From the NCBI GenBank assembly GCA_965207065.1, contig OZ242260.1, positions 3,456,001 through 3,520,000 on the forward strand: a stretch of DNA of 64,000 nucleotides, given 5' to 3'. The position numbers and the translations under genes are program-made. The notes beneath the pieces are model-generated. The model ran no database searches. It saw only the letters and a list, made by a program, of their open reading frames with translations, and was not told the origin of the DNA. Every line of letters starts with the position of its first letter. Position 1 is the stretch's first letter. This document shows positions 1 to 9,529 of this stretch, in pieces. This DNA comes from a bacterium (lineage in GTDB: Bacteria > UBA8248).

Positions 1-2
1 AG

Positions 3-749
3 CCGCGCAGCACCCTGAGCCGTCTGGTGAGCCGGTTGCTTGAGATAAAAAGGAAATTCCGCCTCAGGCTCTCCTCCGTGGAGCCCGGGGAATTCACGCG
101 CGAACTCATCCGCGTTGTTGCGGGCGAGGCGTATGGCTCTGGTGGATCGAATGGGGGAAGATACGTCTGCCGCCATTTCCACATACCCGTCCAGAGCGGG
201 GACGATGAAACGCTCACGGCGATGAAGCGCAACTACACCGCCGAGCGCTGCGCGCGCCGGTTCGATGAAATTGCAAGAAAAATAGACGGGGCCTGTATCG
301 GAGGGGATTTCATCGTCGGTTTTCCCGGTGAGAGCAAAGAGGCGTTCGAGCGGACGATGGATTGGGTGCGGGAATCTCCGCTGGCCTATCTGCACGTTTT
401 CCCGTATTCGCCGCGCGAGGGTACGGCGGCCATCGAAATGCCGGAGCAGATTCCAAAAGCCGAGCAGAAAGCCCGCGCGCGCGCCTTACAGGAGTTGGGA
501 CGAAGGAAATGGGCGGCGTTCGTCTCCTCGCAAACGGGTAAGGAAACGGAAGTGTTGTTCGAGAGCAAACGTACTGAAGACGGGCTTCTCAACGGCTTGT
601 CGGACAATTACATCCGCGTGTTGGCGTCTGGTCCCGATGAGTGGATAGGGCGCACGGTCCCTGTACGGCTCGCTTCACTGCCCGAGACGAATGGATTTTC
701 CAGCGTCGCCGCAAGGTCGGAAGTCTTATGGGGAGAGTCAGCGTTATGA
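3..749 (+). CDS. mtaB: tRNA methylthiotransferase MtaB/MiaB family, C-terminal part (5' end outside window)
   Basis: Motifs RLRLSSVEP, HFHIPVQSGDD, DFIVGFPGE, LHVFPYSPREGT and a C-terminal GLSDNYIRV segment typical of MtaB; frame is open from the window edge. Confidence 0.8.
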   Translation, partial: PRSTLSRLVSRLLEIKRKFRLRLSSVEPGEFTRELIRVVAGEAYGSGGSNGGRYVCRHFHIPVQSGDDETLTAMKRNYTAERCARRFDEIARKIDGACIGGDFIVGFPGESKEAFERTMDWVRESPLAYLHVFPYSPREGTAAIEMPEQIPKAEQKARARALQELGRRKWAAFVSSQTGKETEVLFESKRTEDGLLNGLSDNYIRVLASGPDEWIGRTVPVRLASLPETNGFSSVAARSEVLWGESAL

Positions 750-1633
750 CGGACGATCAATCGCGCCCGAATCCTTTTCACGAGGGCGCGCCCGATTACG
801 AAGAGGAAAGCGGCGCGCAGCCGATCGTCACGCTCCTCACGGATTTCGGTAGCGATGAACACTATGTGGGAGTGATGAAGGGTGTCGTCCTGGCGATCAA
901 CCCGATGGCCCGGCTTGTGGACATCACCCACTCCGTAGCGCCTTACGACGTCAAGGCAGCGTCGTTGATTCTGGGATCCTCGGCGCATTACTTTCCGCGC
1001 GGCACGATTCATGTGGCGGTCGTGGACCCCGGCGTGGGAAGCAGCCGAAGGGGGGTTATAGCCGCCACGGAAAATTATTATTTCGTGGGGCCGGACAACG
1101 GCATGTTTTCCTGCGTGTATGACGACCCCCTCTACCTGTGGACGAGAGAGCTCGAAGAAGATGCGTTTTTCCTGAACGAGGTGAGTTCCACCTTCCACGG
1201 AAGGGATATTTTCGCGCCTGTCGCGGGGCATCTCTCCTATGGGGTTCCTCCGGAGGATTTCGGTTCCATCATCACCGATCCGGTTCGCTTCGATTTTCCC
1301 ACGGTGGAATTCGAGGACGCCGATACCATCACCGGCGAGGTTATCTACGTCGATCATTACGGTAACCTTGTGACGAACATCGACACCACGACTTTCTGGC
1401 GTTTCGATTATGGAGAGGACGATGCCGCGCATTTGCCGATCATCGAAATCGGCGGCCACGTGATTAACGGAGTGAGTGAATACTATCAGGCGGTGAAGGC
1501 GGGCGATCTCGGGGCGCAGTTCAACAGCTGGACGCGGCTCGAAATCTTCGTGCCCGAAGGAAACGCCGCGCAATTCCTGGAAGCGGGCATCGGCGAGAAG
1601 GTAAAGGTTCATATGAGGCACATGAGACTTTAG
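746..1633 (+). CDS. SAM hydroxide adenosyltransferase / DUF62 (chlorinase/fluorinase superfamily) protein
   Basis: IVTLLTDFG, VVDPGVGSSRR, GPDNG, STFHGRDIFAP and YVDHYGN motifs; ATG at 746 overlaps the upstream stop (ATGA). Confidence 0.85.
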   Translation: MTDDQSRPNPFHEGAPDYEEESGAQPIVTLLTDFGSDEHYVGVMKGVVLAINPMARLVDITHSVAPYDVKAASLILGSSAHYFPRGTIHVAVVDPGVGSSRRGVIAATENYYFVGPDNGMFSCVYDDPLYLWTRELEEDAFFLNEVSSTFHGRDIFAPVAGHLSYGVPPEDFGSIITDPVRFDFPTVEFEDADTITGEVIYVDHYGNLVTNIDTTTFWRFDYGEDDAAHLPIIEIGGHVINGVSEYYQAVKAGDLGAQFNSWTRLEIFVPEGNAAQFLEAGIGEKVKVHMRHMRL

Positions 1634-1688
1634 GTTGCCGTTCATCAGTCGGTTCCGGCGCATTCCACGGAGCCAAAGGAGAGAGATA

Positions 1689-2345
1689 ATGGAAAACGCC
1701 CCTGTGCGGTTCACGGTGTACAGCGATTTTTTGTGACCCTGGTGCTTCAACTCGGCCGTGCGCCTGAAAAAGATTAAAGAAGAATATGGAGATAAAGTCG
1801 ACATTCAGTACAGGGTATTCATGCTGAGGCCCGAGCCGGACCCCACGGCGGTATTCAACGATTACCGTAAAAACCACTGGACGAACGCGGATTCACAGCC
1901 AGATTCCGGCGATTTCACCTTGTGGGAGAGCGAAGAGGAATTCCCGAACTGCTCGATGCCGTCTGCGGAAGCCGGGCTGGCGGCGAGGTTCCAGGGCCCC
2001 GAAGAGTGGGAAAAATTCCACGATAATCTTCTGGCCGCCTTCTTCACGGAAAACAGGAACATCTCGAACCCCGAAGTGGTGAGCGACGTGGCGGAGAAAA
2101 GCGGTCTGGACATGGACAGGTACCGTGACACTCTCGAAAGCGGGGATTTGAAGGAAAAGGCCGTCAAGGAATACATGGAGGCCACGAACCTGGGGATAAC
2201 GGGCATTCCCTCCGTCGTCGTGAACGATCGGGCGGTCATGGTCGGCGCGGTGCCGGCGGAACAATACAAATACGTCATCGACAGCATCCTCGAAACCGGC
2301 GATTTGCCCGGCCGGGCGCCCGACGAACTGCCCGTCTCGGACTAG
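1689..2345 (+). CDS. DsbA/FrnE-family thioredoxin-fold protein, probable selenoprotein (in-frame UGA 1734-1736, motif UPWC)
   Basis: AAGGAG RBS then ATG at 1689 reads MENAPVRFTVYSDFL-TGA-PWCF, in frame with ORF 1758-2345; matches the FrnE YSDxxCPWC motif; downstream GITGIP cis-Pro loop. Confidence 0.85.
1746..1768 (+). promoter_or_regulatory. Putative SECIS-like hairpin downstream of the UGA
   Basis: UUCA/UGAA and GGC/GCC stems close a CGUGC loop; GUG lies at +22 from the UGA, the same as at 47207. Confidence 0.5.
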
Positions 2346-2385
2346 GCGAGTCGATGGATGCCCGAGGAAACGAGGAGTCTCTGTT

Positions 2386-3378
2386 CTGAATCTCTCTGAC
2401 CTCACAGGCTGCATAACCGACGTTCCGGGTTTTTATCTCGGGCACAATCACGATGAGGAAGCCAGAACGGGCGTCTCGGTGGTGCTATGCCCTCCCGGAA
2501 CCGTCGGGGCGTGCGAATTACGAGGCACGGCGACGGCGACGCGCGGCATGGATGCGCTGCGCGCCGAGCATCTGGTCGGCGGCGTGGACGCGATCGTCTT
2601 GACGGGAGGCAGCGCGTTCGGCCTGGCTTCCGCCGACGGCGTCATGGCCTTTCTCGAGGAGAAGGGCAGGGGGTTTCCCACAGGGCTCTTCAACGTGCCC
2701 ACGGTCGCTGGAGGCGTGTTGTTCGATCTGCATTTCGGTGACGGGCGGGTTCGCCCGGACGCCGCGATGGGGCGCGGCGCATGCGATGCGGCTTCGAACG
2801 CAGAAGGCCCCCAGGGGAGCGTGGGCGCAGGAGCGGGCGCCACGATCGGCAAACTCTTCGGCCAGGAACGCGCCATGAAAGGCGGCCTCGGCACGGCGAG
2901 CGTGAAACTGCCGAAAGATGGCGTCGTGGGCGCCGTCGCTGCCGTGAACGCCTTTGGGGGCGTATACGATCCGGAGACGGGGAAGCCCATCGCGGGACCC
3001 AGAGCGATGCCCCCCGAGCAGGGGATCGTGAATACGGAAGAGCACTTGAGAATCCACGGAAGACCATTTGAGGGGTTTTCCAACACTTCCCAGAACACGA
3101 CGCTGGTCGTTTTGGCGACGAATGCCCGCCTCACGAAAACCGAAACGCATAAACTCGCCCAGTTGGCGGCGAACGGACTCATCCGCACCGTTCGACCCTC
3201 CTATTCGACGGTGGATGGAGACATGGTTTTCGCCCTCTCCTGCGGGGAGCGCGAGGTGGCGCTCGACGTCGTGGGCGCAGCCGCGATCAAGGCCGTCGGC
3301 CATGCCATTTGCCGCGCGGTGATGGAGGCCGACGGTGGAGGCATGGTTCCCGCCTGGCGTGACCTTCCTGCTTCATAA
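2386..3378 (+). CDS. P1/S58 family peptidase (DmpA-like), probable CTG start
   Basis: Family N-terminal motif ITDVPGFYLGH lies in frame upstream of the GTG at 2479; LTGGSAFGL, GSVGAGAGAT, NTTL and DGDMVF motifs; GAGGAG ends 8 nt before CTG at 2386. Confidence 0.8.
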   Translation: MNLSDLTGCITDVPGFYLGHNHDEEARTGVSVVLCPPGTVGACELRGTATATRGMDALRAEHLVGGVDAIVLTGGSAFGLASADGVMAFLEEKGRGFPTGLFNVPTVAGGVLFDLHFGDGRVRPDAAMGRGACDAASNAEGPQGSVGAGAGATIGKLFGQERAMKGGLGTASVKLPKDGVVGAVAAVNAFGGVYDPETGKPIAGPRAMPPEQGIVNTEEHLRIHGRPFEGFSNTSQNTTLVVLATNARLTKTETHKLAQLAANGLIRTVRPSYSTVDGDMVFALSCGEREVALDVVGAAAIKAVGHAICRAVMEADGGGMVPAWRDLPAS

Positions 3379-4604
3379 TGACCTCCCATGCGCAAAAACC
3401 GGCCTGGAGACTCGGTGATTATTTCGATCTGAGCGTCATCGGCCTGACCCACGGGCTGAGCGACGGATTCTCCAACATGCTCGTTCCCGTTCTGGCGCTC
3501 ATCGTCATGGATCTCGACCTATCGCCCTTCGAAGTGGGAGTCCTGCTCAGCACTTTCAGTCTGGGGCAGATGATTTTCCAGTACCCCCTTTCCATATTGG
3601 CGGATAATACCGGCGCCAGAAAACGAATCCTTCTGATGGGCATGGGGCTCTCCGCCGCCTCTTTTATTGCGATGGTGTGGGTGAGCCGGTTCTTGCCGAT
3701 GTGCGCTCTGGCGTTTCTGGCGGGCGCGGGAAATTCCGTCTATCACCCGTGCGGTACGGCGCTGACTGCCAATCGCTTCGAGCGCGATCGCGCGTTCGCC
3801 ATTTCGTGGCACAGCCTGGGCGGCAACCTCGGAACCAGCATCCTCCCGCTGGCCCAGGCGGCCGTGGCGGCGGTGGCCGGTTGGCGCATGGCGGTCGGCG
3901 CTTGCGCTGCTCCCGCCATAGCGCTCCTGCCCATGGTGAACGCCCGGTTTCAGGATGGAAAGCATCAGGAAGAAGCTGAAACGGAGAAAAATTCAAACTT
4001 GAAGGTTATCACCATCATCTGGCGGGTCGTCGAGAACAAAAACATGGTGTGGCTGGCGGCGACCTACACCCTGCGCGGTATGTGCACCAAGGGAATGATA
4101 GGATTTCTGCCCCTGCTGGCGACCTCAAAGCTGGGGATGAGCACGGCGCAAATCGGCGTGGCCGTATCGCTGCACTTCGGATTCGGCATGCTGGCCAAAC
4201 CCTTGATGGGAATCCTGTATGACCGCTGGGGAGCGCGGGCGGCCCTGTTCTGGCCCTTGACGTTGCTGGGAGTCTTCGTTCTCGCTCTGCCGTTCATGGG
4301 GTGGCAAACGGGTTTTTATGTCCTGTCCGCATTGACGGGCGTCGTCGGTTTCGTGAGCCCGATTATACTCACAGCGGCGGCGGATTTCTCGGAAAAGGAT
4401 ATTCTCGCTTCATCCGTCGGATTCATTTATACCTGCCACGGCTTGAGTTTCCTCGCCCCATTGCTGGGCGGGTGGCTCGCCGAGCAGGTGAATCTGGATG
4501 CGAGCTATTTTTGTTTTGCGATCATGAGTTGGCTGGCCGTTTCGGCATCGGTGCAGTTAAGAGGCAAGAAAACGGAAACATCAAAACCCGGGGAGGCAAC
4601 ATGA
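3378..4604 (+). CDS. MFS transporter (Fsr-like)
   Basis: About 12 hydrophobic segments, GNSVYHP motif, GGNLG; TAATG coupling with the upstream gene. Confidence 0.85.
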   Translation: MTSHAQKPAWRLGDYFDLSVIGLTHGLSDGFSNMLVPVLALIVMDLDLSPFEVGVLLSTFSLGQMIFQYPLSILADNTGARKRILLMGMGLSAASFIAMVWVSRFLPMCALAFLAGAGNSVYHPCGTALTANRFERDRAFAISWHSLGGNLGTSILPLAQAAVAAVAGWRMAVGACAAPAIALLPMVNARFQDGKHQEEAETEKNSNLKVITIIWRVVENKNMVWLAATYTLRGMCTKGMIGFLPLLATSKLGMSTAQIGVAVSLHFGFGMLAKPLMGILYDRWGARAALFWPLTLLGVFVLALPFMGWQTGFYVLSALTGVVGFVSPIILTAAADFSEKDILASSVGFIYTCHGLSFLAPLLGGWLAEQVNLDASYFCFAIMSWLAVSASVQLRGKKTETSKPGEAT

Positions 4605-4996
4605 TGGCGCGCGAGTATTTCAAGGGCACCTGGCAGGAGGACCGCTCCTTTTCGCCTGCGGTGAAGACGAAAGGGGGCGAGCACATCTGGCTTGCCGGCG
4701 TAGGGATGTGGCGCGATGAGAGAGGGGACGTGCTGGCGGGAGATTTCGAAGCGCAGGTGCACGCCACGTTTCGCCAGATTGAGCGGACCCTGGAGCGGGC
4801 GGGCGGAAAACTTCAGGACATCGTGACGATGACTGTTTTCACTCTCAACGTCCAGTATGGGGATCGGTTCGTCGAACTCAGAAAGCAGTATTTCCCGGAT
4901 GGATATCCCGGCAGCGCCTTGATCACGGTGGCGGGTTTCGCAAAGCCGGAAATGATGGTGGAAATACAGGCCATCGCCGTCATCGGCGAGGAATAG
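4601..4996 (+). CDS. RidA family protein
   Basis: FSPAVK, LQDIVTMTVF, YPGSALITV and MVEIQAIA motifs; GGAGG RBS. Confidence 0.85.
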   Translation: MMAREYFKGTWQEDRSFSPAVKTKGGEHIWLAGVGMWRDERGDVLAGDFEAQVHATFRQIERTLERAGGKLQDIVTMTVFTLNVQYGDRFVELRKQYFPDGYPGSALITVAGFAKPEMMVEIQAIAVIGEE

Positions 4997-5206
4997 GGAA
5001 GGGGCAGCGGGAGCGAAACCCTATGTTTGCCGCCTTGGGTAAAGGGTGCTAGTCTCGCTCAACTATTGAATCGCTTCCGGGTGGTGAGCAAACGCCGCGT
5101 TTTTCATTATAAGTATGACCTGTGGCCCTCATTCTCGCGGTGAATCGTTTCTCCATCCGATCGAAGCGTATGGAGCCGCTTTTTCTCGACAGGAATCCTC
5201 GTATCC

Positions 5207-6016
5207 ATGTCTTCAACCGACAATGGCACGAATCCGACGCTGCGCCTCCAGGGCGTCGGGAAATGGTTCGGGTCCCTCCATGTGCTCGATGATATCGACA
5301 TCGACGTGAAGACGCAGGAAATACTGACGGTGCTGGGCCCCAGCGGCTGCGGGAAGACGACGCTTCTGCGCATCGTGAACGGACTCATTCTCTGCGAGAG
5401 GGGAGAGGTTTCCTTCAAGGGAGAACTGGTGGACGGCCCGAGGCCCGAGATGGCCATGGTGTTCCAGAACTTCGGGCTTTTCCCCTGGAAGCGCCTCGAT
5501 CAGAACATCGGCTACGCACTCAAAATACAGGGCAAGGAGAAGGGCGAAATCGACCGCCTGGTGAGCCACTACACGGAACTGGTGGGTCTGGGCGGTTTCG
5601 AGGCGAACTACCCCGCACAGCTCTCCGGCGGAATGCAGCAAAGAGCGGGCCTGGCGAGAGCGCTCGCCGCCCAGCCCGACGTCCTGCTGATGGATGAGCC
5701 TTTCGGCGCCCTCGATGCGCTTACGCGCGAAACGCTGCAGGAGGAATTGCTGCGCATCAACGAGGCGGAGCCCAAGGCGATGATATTCATCACCCACAGC
5801 ATCGATGAGGCGCTCTTGCTCGGAGACCGCGTACTGGTGATGACGCCCAGGCCCGGGAGAATACGCTTTCAGTTCGAGACCGGCTTCGGCCGCGGCAGGG
5901 ATCTCGAGGAACTCCGTGGCGGCAAGCGCTTTCAGGCGCTTCGCCATTACCTCTGGGAAGCCTTGCGCAACCCCGACGAAGAGCCGGAGCCCATTCCCGA
6001 ACTTATCGCTGAATAG
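5207..6016 (+). CDS. NitT/TauT-type ABC transporter ATP-binding protein
   Basis: GPSGCGKTT, LSGGMQQR, LLMDEPFGALD, FITHSIDEA. Confidence 0.92.
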   Translation: MSSTDNGTNPTLRLQGVGKWFGSLHVLDDIDIDVKTQEILTVLGPSGCGKTTLLRIVNGLILCERGEVSFKGELVDGPRPEMAMVFQNFGLFPWKRLDQNIGYALKIQGKEKGEIDRLVSHYTELVGLGGFEANYPAQLSGGMQQRAGLARALAAQPDVLLMDEPFGALDALTRETLQEELLRINEAEPKAMIFITHSIDEALLLGDRVLVMTPRPGRIRFQFETGFGRGRDLEELRGGKRFQALRHYLWEALRNPDEEPEPIPELIAE

Positions 6017-6030
6017 GAGGCACCAAACCT

Positions 6031-6855
6031 TTGGCTACCGACGCCCCGACGGCAGCAGGCGTATCGACGGCAGAAAAAGCATCCTGGGAGCGCATCAAGG
6101 AACCCGCCGTATACGTGCGCTTGATATCCCTTGTGGTCGTCATCGGCGGGTGGGAGCTGATGGGGTTGACCGGCAACATCGACCCGGTCACCTTCAGCTA
6201 CCCGAGCGCCATATCCGTCGCGTTCTGGGACTTGATCGCCAGCGGCCAGATGACGGCCGCCGCATACGAGAGCTCGCAAATCCTGGTGGCGGGCCTTCTC
6301 ATCGCGATTCCCTTAGGCATCGTTTTGGGGATTCTCATGGGGCGCTTCCGGACGTTCGAGTACGCCGTGGACACCTACGTGTTCGCACTCTACGCCACGC
6401 CGGTGGTCGCACTGGCGTTCCCGATAGCCATGGTGCTGGGCGTGGATTTCGTCGGTAAGACGACCATCGTCGTCTTCTTCGCCATCATGCCGATTATCGT
6501 GAACGTCTATCACGGGGTGCGGAACGTGGACCTCTCGCTCTTGGAAGTGACGCGCTCGTTCTGCTCCACGGAGAGCCAGCGGTGGCGGGACCTGATTTTC
6601 CCGAGCGTGGTCCCCTATCTCGTCGCGGGACTGGGCCTCGCGTGCGGGCGCGCGCTGGTGGGGATGGTCGTCGCGGAGTTCCTGATGAGCATCTCTGGGC
6701 TCGGCGCGCTGAGCCAGGACTACATCGGGGATCTGGAACTGGACAAAGGCCTGGCGCCTGTTGTCTTGTTGATGGCAGTCGGTATAGCTTTAACGAAAGT
6801 GGTGAACATCTGCGAGACGAAGTTCTCTTCCTGGAGGGTTCGGCAGGAGTCCTGA
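6031..6855 (+). CDS. NitT/TauT-type ABC transporter permease
   Basis: Hydrophobic, EAA-like loop, GMVVAEF motif; AGGAGG RBS before TTG. Confidence 0.9.
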   Translation: MATDAPTAAGVSTAEKASWERIKEPAVYVRLISLVVVIGGWELMGLTGNIDPVTFSYPSAISVAFWDLIASGQMTAAAYESSQILVAGLLIAIPLGIVLGILMGRFRTFEYAVDTYVFALYATPVVALAFPIAMVLGVDFVGKTTIVVFFAIMPIIVNVYHGVRNVDLSLLEVTRSFCSTESQRWRDLIFPSVVPYLVAGLGLACGRALVGMVVAEFLMSISGLGALSQDYIGDLELDKGLAPVVLLMAVGIALTKVVNICETKFSSWRVRQES

Positions 6856-6910
6856 CTGAGTGGGCGTCTTGTCGAGGCATGAATTTTCTATTCTTTTTAA
6901 GGAGCTTCAA

Positions 6911-7924
6911 ATGAAAAAGATGTGGATGGTATTGGTAGCGGCGTTCGTTCTCGCCGCAGCGATGTGGAGCGCGCCTGCGCAGTCCGTCGCCGCCGACAAG
7001 ATCGTGCTCGGCATGCCCGTGCGCCCGCCGGTGATGGTCCATCTGCCGGTGTTTTACGCGCTGGACAACGATATTTTCAAGAAACACGGCCTGGACGTCG
7101 AGATCAAATTCTTCCGGGGCGGCGTCGCCACGCACCGGGCGATAACGAGCAAGAAGAGCGGCCTGGACGCCGCCTGGGTGCCGGCCCCGATAGCGATGGT
7201 GGGGATCACCAAGGGCAGCGGCATGAAGTTCTTCCACTCCATGGCCTACCTGAACGAAGCGCAGATGGCCGGGAATGACCAGGTGAAAAAGCCGTCCGAC
7301 CTCAAGGGCAAGACCATCGGCATCGAGGGGCGCGGCGGATACAGCCACCTGGGCGCACTCGCCGTATTGTCGACCGCCGGTTTGACCGACAAGGACGTCA
7401 AATACATCAAGACCCCGCCGCCGGCGCGCGTTCCGTTTCTCTTGAAGGGCAAGGCCGACGCCGTGGTGATTCACGTCGAGCAGGTTCTCGTCGTCAAGAA
7501 GAGAAAACCCAGCTTCAACAATCTGATGGACTTGTGGAAAGCCATGCCGAACTTCTTCTACGGAGCGTTCATCGCGCCGTCCTCGAAGATCAACTCGAAC
7601 AAGGACGCCTACGTGCGCTTCGCCATGGCGATGATGCAGTCCAACCGCTCCATCTACAAGGACAAGGCGGGGTATCTCAAGTCGGCGAACAAATGGGTGC
7701 GCCCCGTTTACAAGAAAAACCCCGAGATCATGTCGAAGACGTATGACGTCTTCGTGGCGGAGAAGATCTGGGGCGTGAACAACGGCATTCCCAAGGCCTC
7801 GGTTGCCTTCACGGCGGACTACATGAAGCGCCTCGGGAAGATCAAGGGCAAGGTTCCCTCCTATGAGGACATCGTCGACACCAGCGTGACGAAGGCCGCG
7901 CTCGCCAAGGCCGGAAAAATTTAG
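6911..7924 (+). CDS. ABC transporter substrate-binding protein (NMT1/SsuA-like)
   Basis: AAGGAG RBS, signal peptide, FKKHGLDVE and DLKGKTIG motifs. Confidence 0.88.
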   Translation: MKKMWMVLVAAFVLAAAMWSAPAQSVAADKIVLGMPVRPPVMVHLPVFYALDNDIFKKHGLDVEIKFFRGGVATHRAITSKKSGLDAAWVPAPIAMVGITKGSGMKFFHSMAYLNEAQMAGNDQVKKPSDLKGKTIGIEGRGGYSHLGALAVLSTAGLTDKDVKYIKTPPPARVPFLLKGKADAVVIHVEQVLVVKKRKPSFNNLMDLWKAMPNFFYGAFIAPSSKINSNKDAYVRFAMAMMQSNRSIYKDKAGYLKSANKWVRPVYKKNPEIMSKTYDVFVAEKIWGVNNGIPKASVAFTADYMKRLGKIKGKVPSYEDIVDTSVTKAALAKAGKI

Positions 7925-7945
7925 ATTTTTGCTAAGTATGAATTC

Positions 7946-7985
7946 GGGCCGCCGCACTCATCGGGTGCGGCGGCCTTGTTCTTTT
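7946..7985 (+). terminator. Rho-independent terminator
   Basis: GGCCGCCGCAC...GTGCGGCGGCC hairpin followed by TTGTTCTTTT. Confidence 0.75.
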
Positions 7986-8008
7986 GATACCGGAAAGGGA
8001 ATAGCAAC

Positions 8009-8761
8009 GTGAAAATTGTTCTGTATTCCGACATCCACGCCCAGCTTGCGCCTCTGGATGCCGTGCAGGAAGCCGTAGCAAAGGAAAACGCGGACCGCGA
8101 GATCGTCATCGGCGATCTGGTGATGCTCGGCCCCGAACCCGTCGAGGTGGTCGAGCGCTTCATGGGGCGCAAGGACGTGGACGTCCTCGCCGGAAACCTC
8201 GACTGGTGGGTGTCGAAGCGAAAAGACGAGACGGACCCGCCCAAGAACGAACACCACGTATGGCTCTACGAGATGGTGAAGAAGACGCGCGAGCGCCTCT
8301 CCACCGAGCAGGTCGACTATCTCGACGGCCTCATGTGGTCGATGACGATCACGCCCGAGAAGGGGCATGATTTCTTCATCTTCCACGCGACGCCGGACGA
8401 CATCGAAGACGCGATTCCCCTGAGGTTCACCGACGAGGAAGTAAAGGAGAAGATCAAGGGAACAGATGCGGAGATCATGGCCTTCGGGCACGTGCACGGC
8501 CCCTACGTCCGCGAGGTGGACGGGCAGACCCTGGTCTGCACCGCCGCGGTCGGGATGAACTGGGACGGCGACTACCGCCCCGCCTATTCGGTCGTGGAAT
8601 ACGAGGGCGACGGCAAGTGGAACGTCGAGACCAAGCGGGTGGCGTACGACTGTGAAGCGCAGGCGAAGAAAAACGAGAACGGCTGGATGCCTCACGGGGA
8701 GCGAATCGCCAAAATGGTGCGGACCGGAGAGTTCTGGAATCCCGCCCACATGCCGCATTAG
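8009..8761 (+). CDS. Metallophosphoesterase family protein
   Basis: SDIHA, GDLV, GNLD, FHATP and FGHVH metal-binding motifs. Confidence 0.88.
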   Translation: MKIVLYSDIHAQLAPLDAVQEAVAKENADREIVIGDLVMLGPEPVEVVERFMGRKDVDVLAGNLDWWVSKRKDETDPPKNEHHVWLYEMVKKTRERLSTEQVDYLDGLMWSMTITPEKGHDFFIFHATPDDIEDAIPLRFTDEEVKEKIKGTDAEIMAFGHVHGPYVREVDGQTLVCTAAVGMNWDGDYRPAYSVVEYEGDGKWNVETKRVAYDCEAQAKKNENGWMPHGERIAKMVRTGEFWNPAHMPH

Positions 8762-8768
8762 GCGCGTC

Positions 8769-9518
8769 ATGCCCGTAACCGTTGATGGCGCGAAGCCGAA
8801 GGCGTGGGAGGAGCAGGTAAAATCCTTCGTCAGAAAGCGCTACGCCCATCTGGCCGAGGCGCATGCGTTTCCAGAGGGTGGCGCGGACAGGGCGCGGGGA
8901 GCGGGCTATCCCGCCTGCTTCATCGACGGACTACCCGAGCGGGTTTCGGGCTCTTATTGCGGTTGCGGGTACCTGCTCGATGGAGTCGAACTCACAGGCG
9001 TGCGTACGGCCGTCGAATTGGGATGCGGCGCAGGACTGGACGCGCGCCTCGTGAGCGAGAGACTCGATGCCGGCGCCAGATTGTTCGCCGTGGATTTCGC
9101 GACCCAGATGCTTCATCGGACGCGCGAGGCGTTCGTGGGAGTCCGTAGAGACGCGTGCGTGCATCTGCTGGCCGGGGACATGGAGAGCCTTCCACTCGCG
9201 GACGGCGTCGCCGACATTGTGCTGGCCAATGCCTCGTTCAACCTCACGGTGGACAAGAAAAAGGCGCTCGCCGAGGCGTACAGGATATTGAAGCCGGGCG
9301 GGCGTCTCATTGTCCGTGAACTGATACGCGAGGGTGCTTTGCCAGATGAAATCGCCCAGGACCCTCAGGCGTGGAACGCCTCGCTCGGCGGTGTTTGCGA
9401 GCAGGCTGAATGGGAATCATTGCTGGCGGGCGCCGGGTTTTGTGAAATTGAGATTTCCGGCCACGCTCCGTTTCGTCCGGTGGTTTCGGTTCGCATACAT
9501 GCCCGCAAGGATGATTGA
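8769..9518 (+). CDS. Class I SAM-dependent methyltransferase (ArsM-like)
   Basis: SYCGCG, VELGCGAGLD, GDMESLPL, RILKPGGRL. Confidence 0.75.
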   Translation: MPVTVDGAKPKAWEEQVKSFVRKRYAHLAEAHAFPEGGADRARGAGYPACFIDGLPERVSGSYCGCGYLLDGVELTGVRTAVELGCGAGLDARLVSERLDAGARLFAVDFATQMLHRTREAFVGVRRDACVHLLAGDMESLPLADGVADIVLANASFNLTVDKKKALAEAYRILKPGGRLIVRELIREGALPDEIAQDPQAWNASLGGVCEQAEWESLLAGAGFCEIEISGHAPFRPVVSVRIHARKDD

Positions 9519-9529
9519 GGAGAAGGAAA

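Noticed and set aside
746-1633. Possible fluorinase/chlorinase
   Set aside because: STFHGRD with His plus the DPGVG..R motif indicates the SAM-hydrolysing DUF62 type, and there is no halometabolite cluster nearby
7985-8011. In-frame TGA exactly 22 nt before the GTG of the metallophosphoesterase, the same spacing as in the two selenoprotein genes
   Set aside because: The upstream sequence is a terminator hairpin, MKIVLYSDIH is the normal family N-terminus, and there is no Cys-equivalent position or hairpin; treated as coincidence, and it shows that spacing alone is not diagnostic
8769-9518. ArsM-like methyltransferase as a third selenoprotein
   Set aside because: No internal UGA; the terminal TGA is followed by the next gene's RBS and another stop
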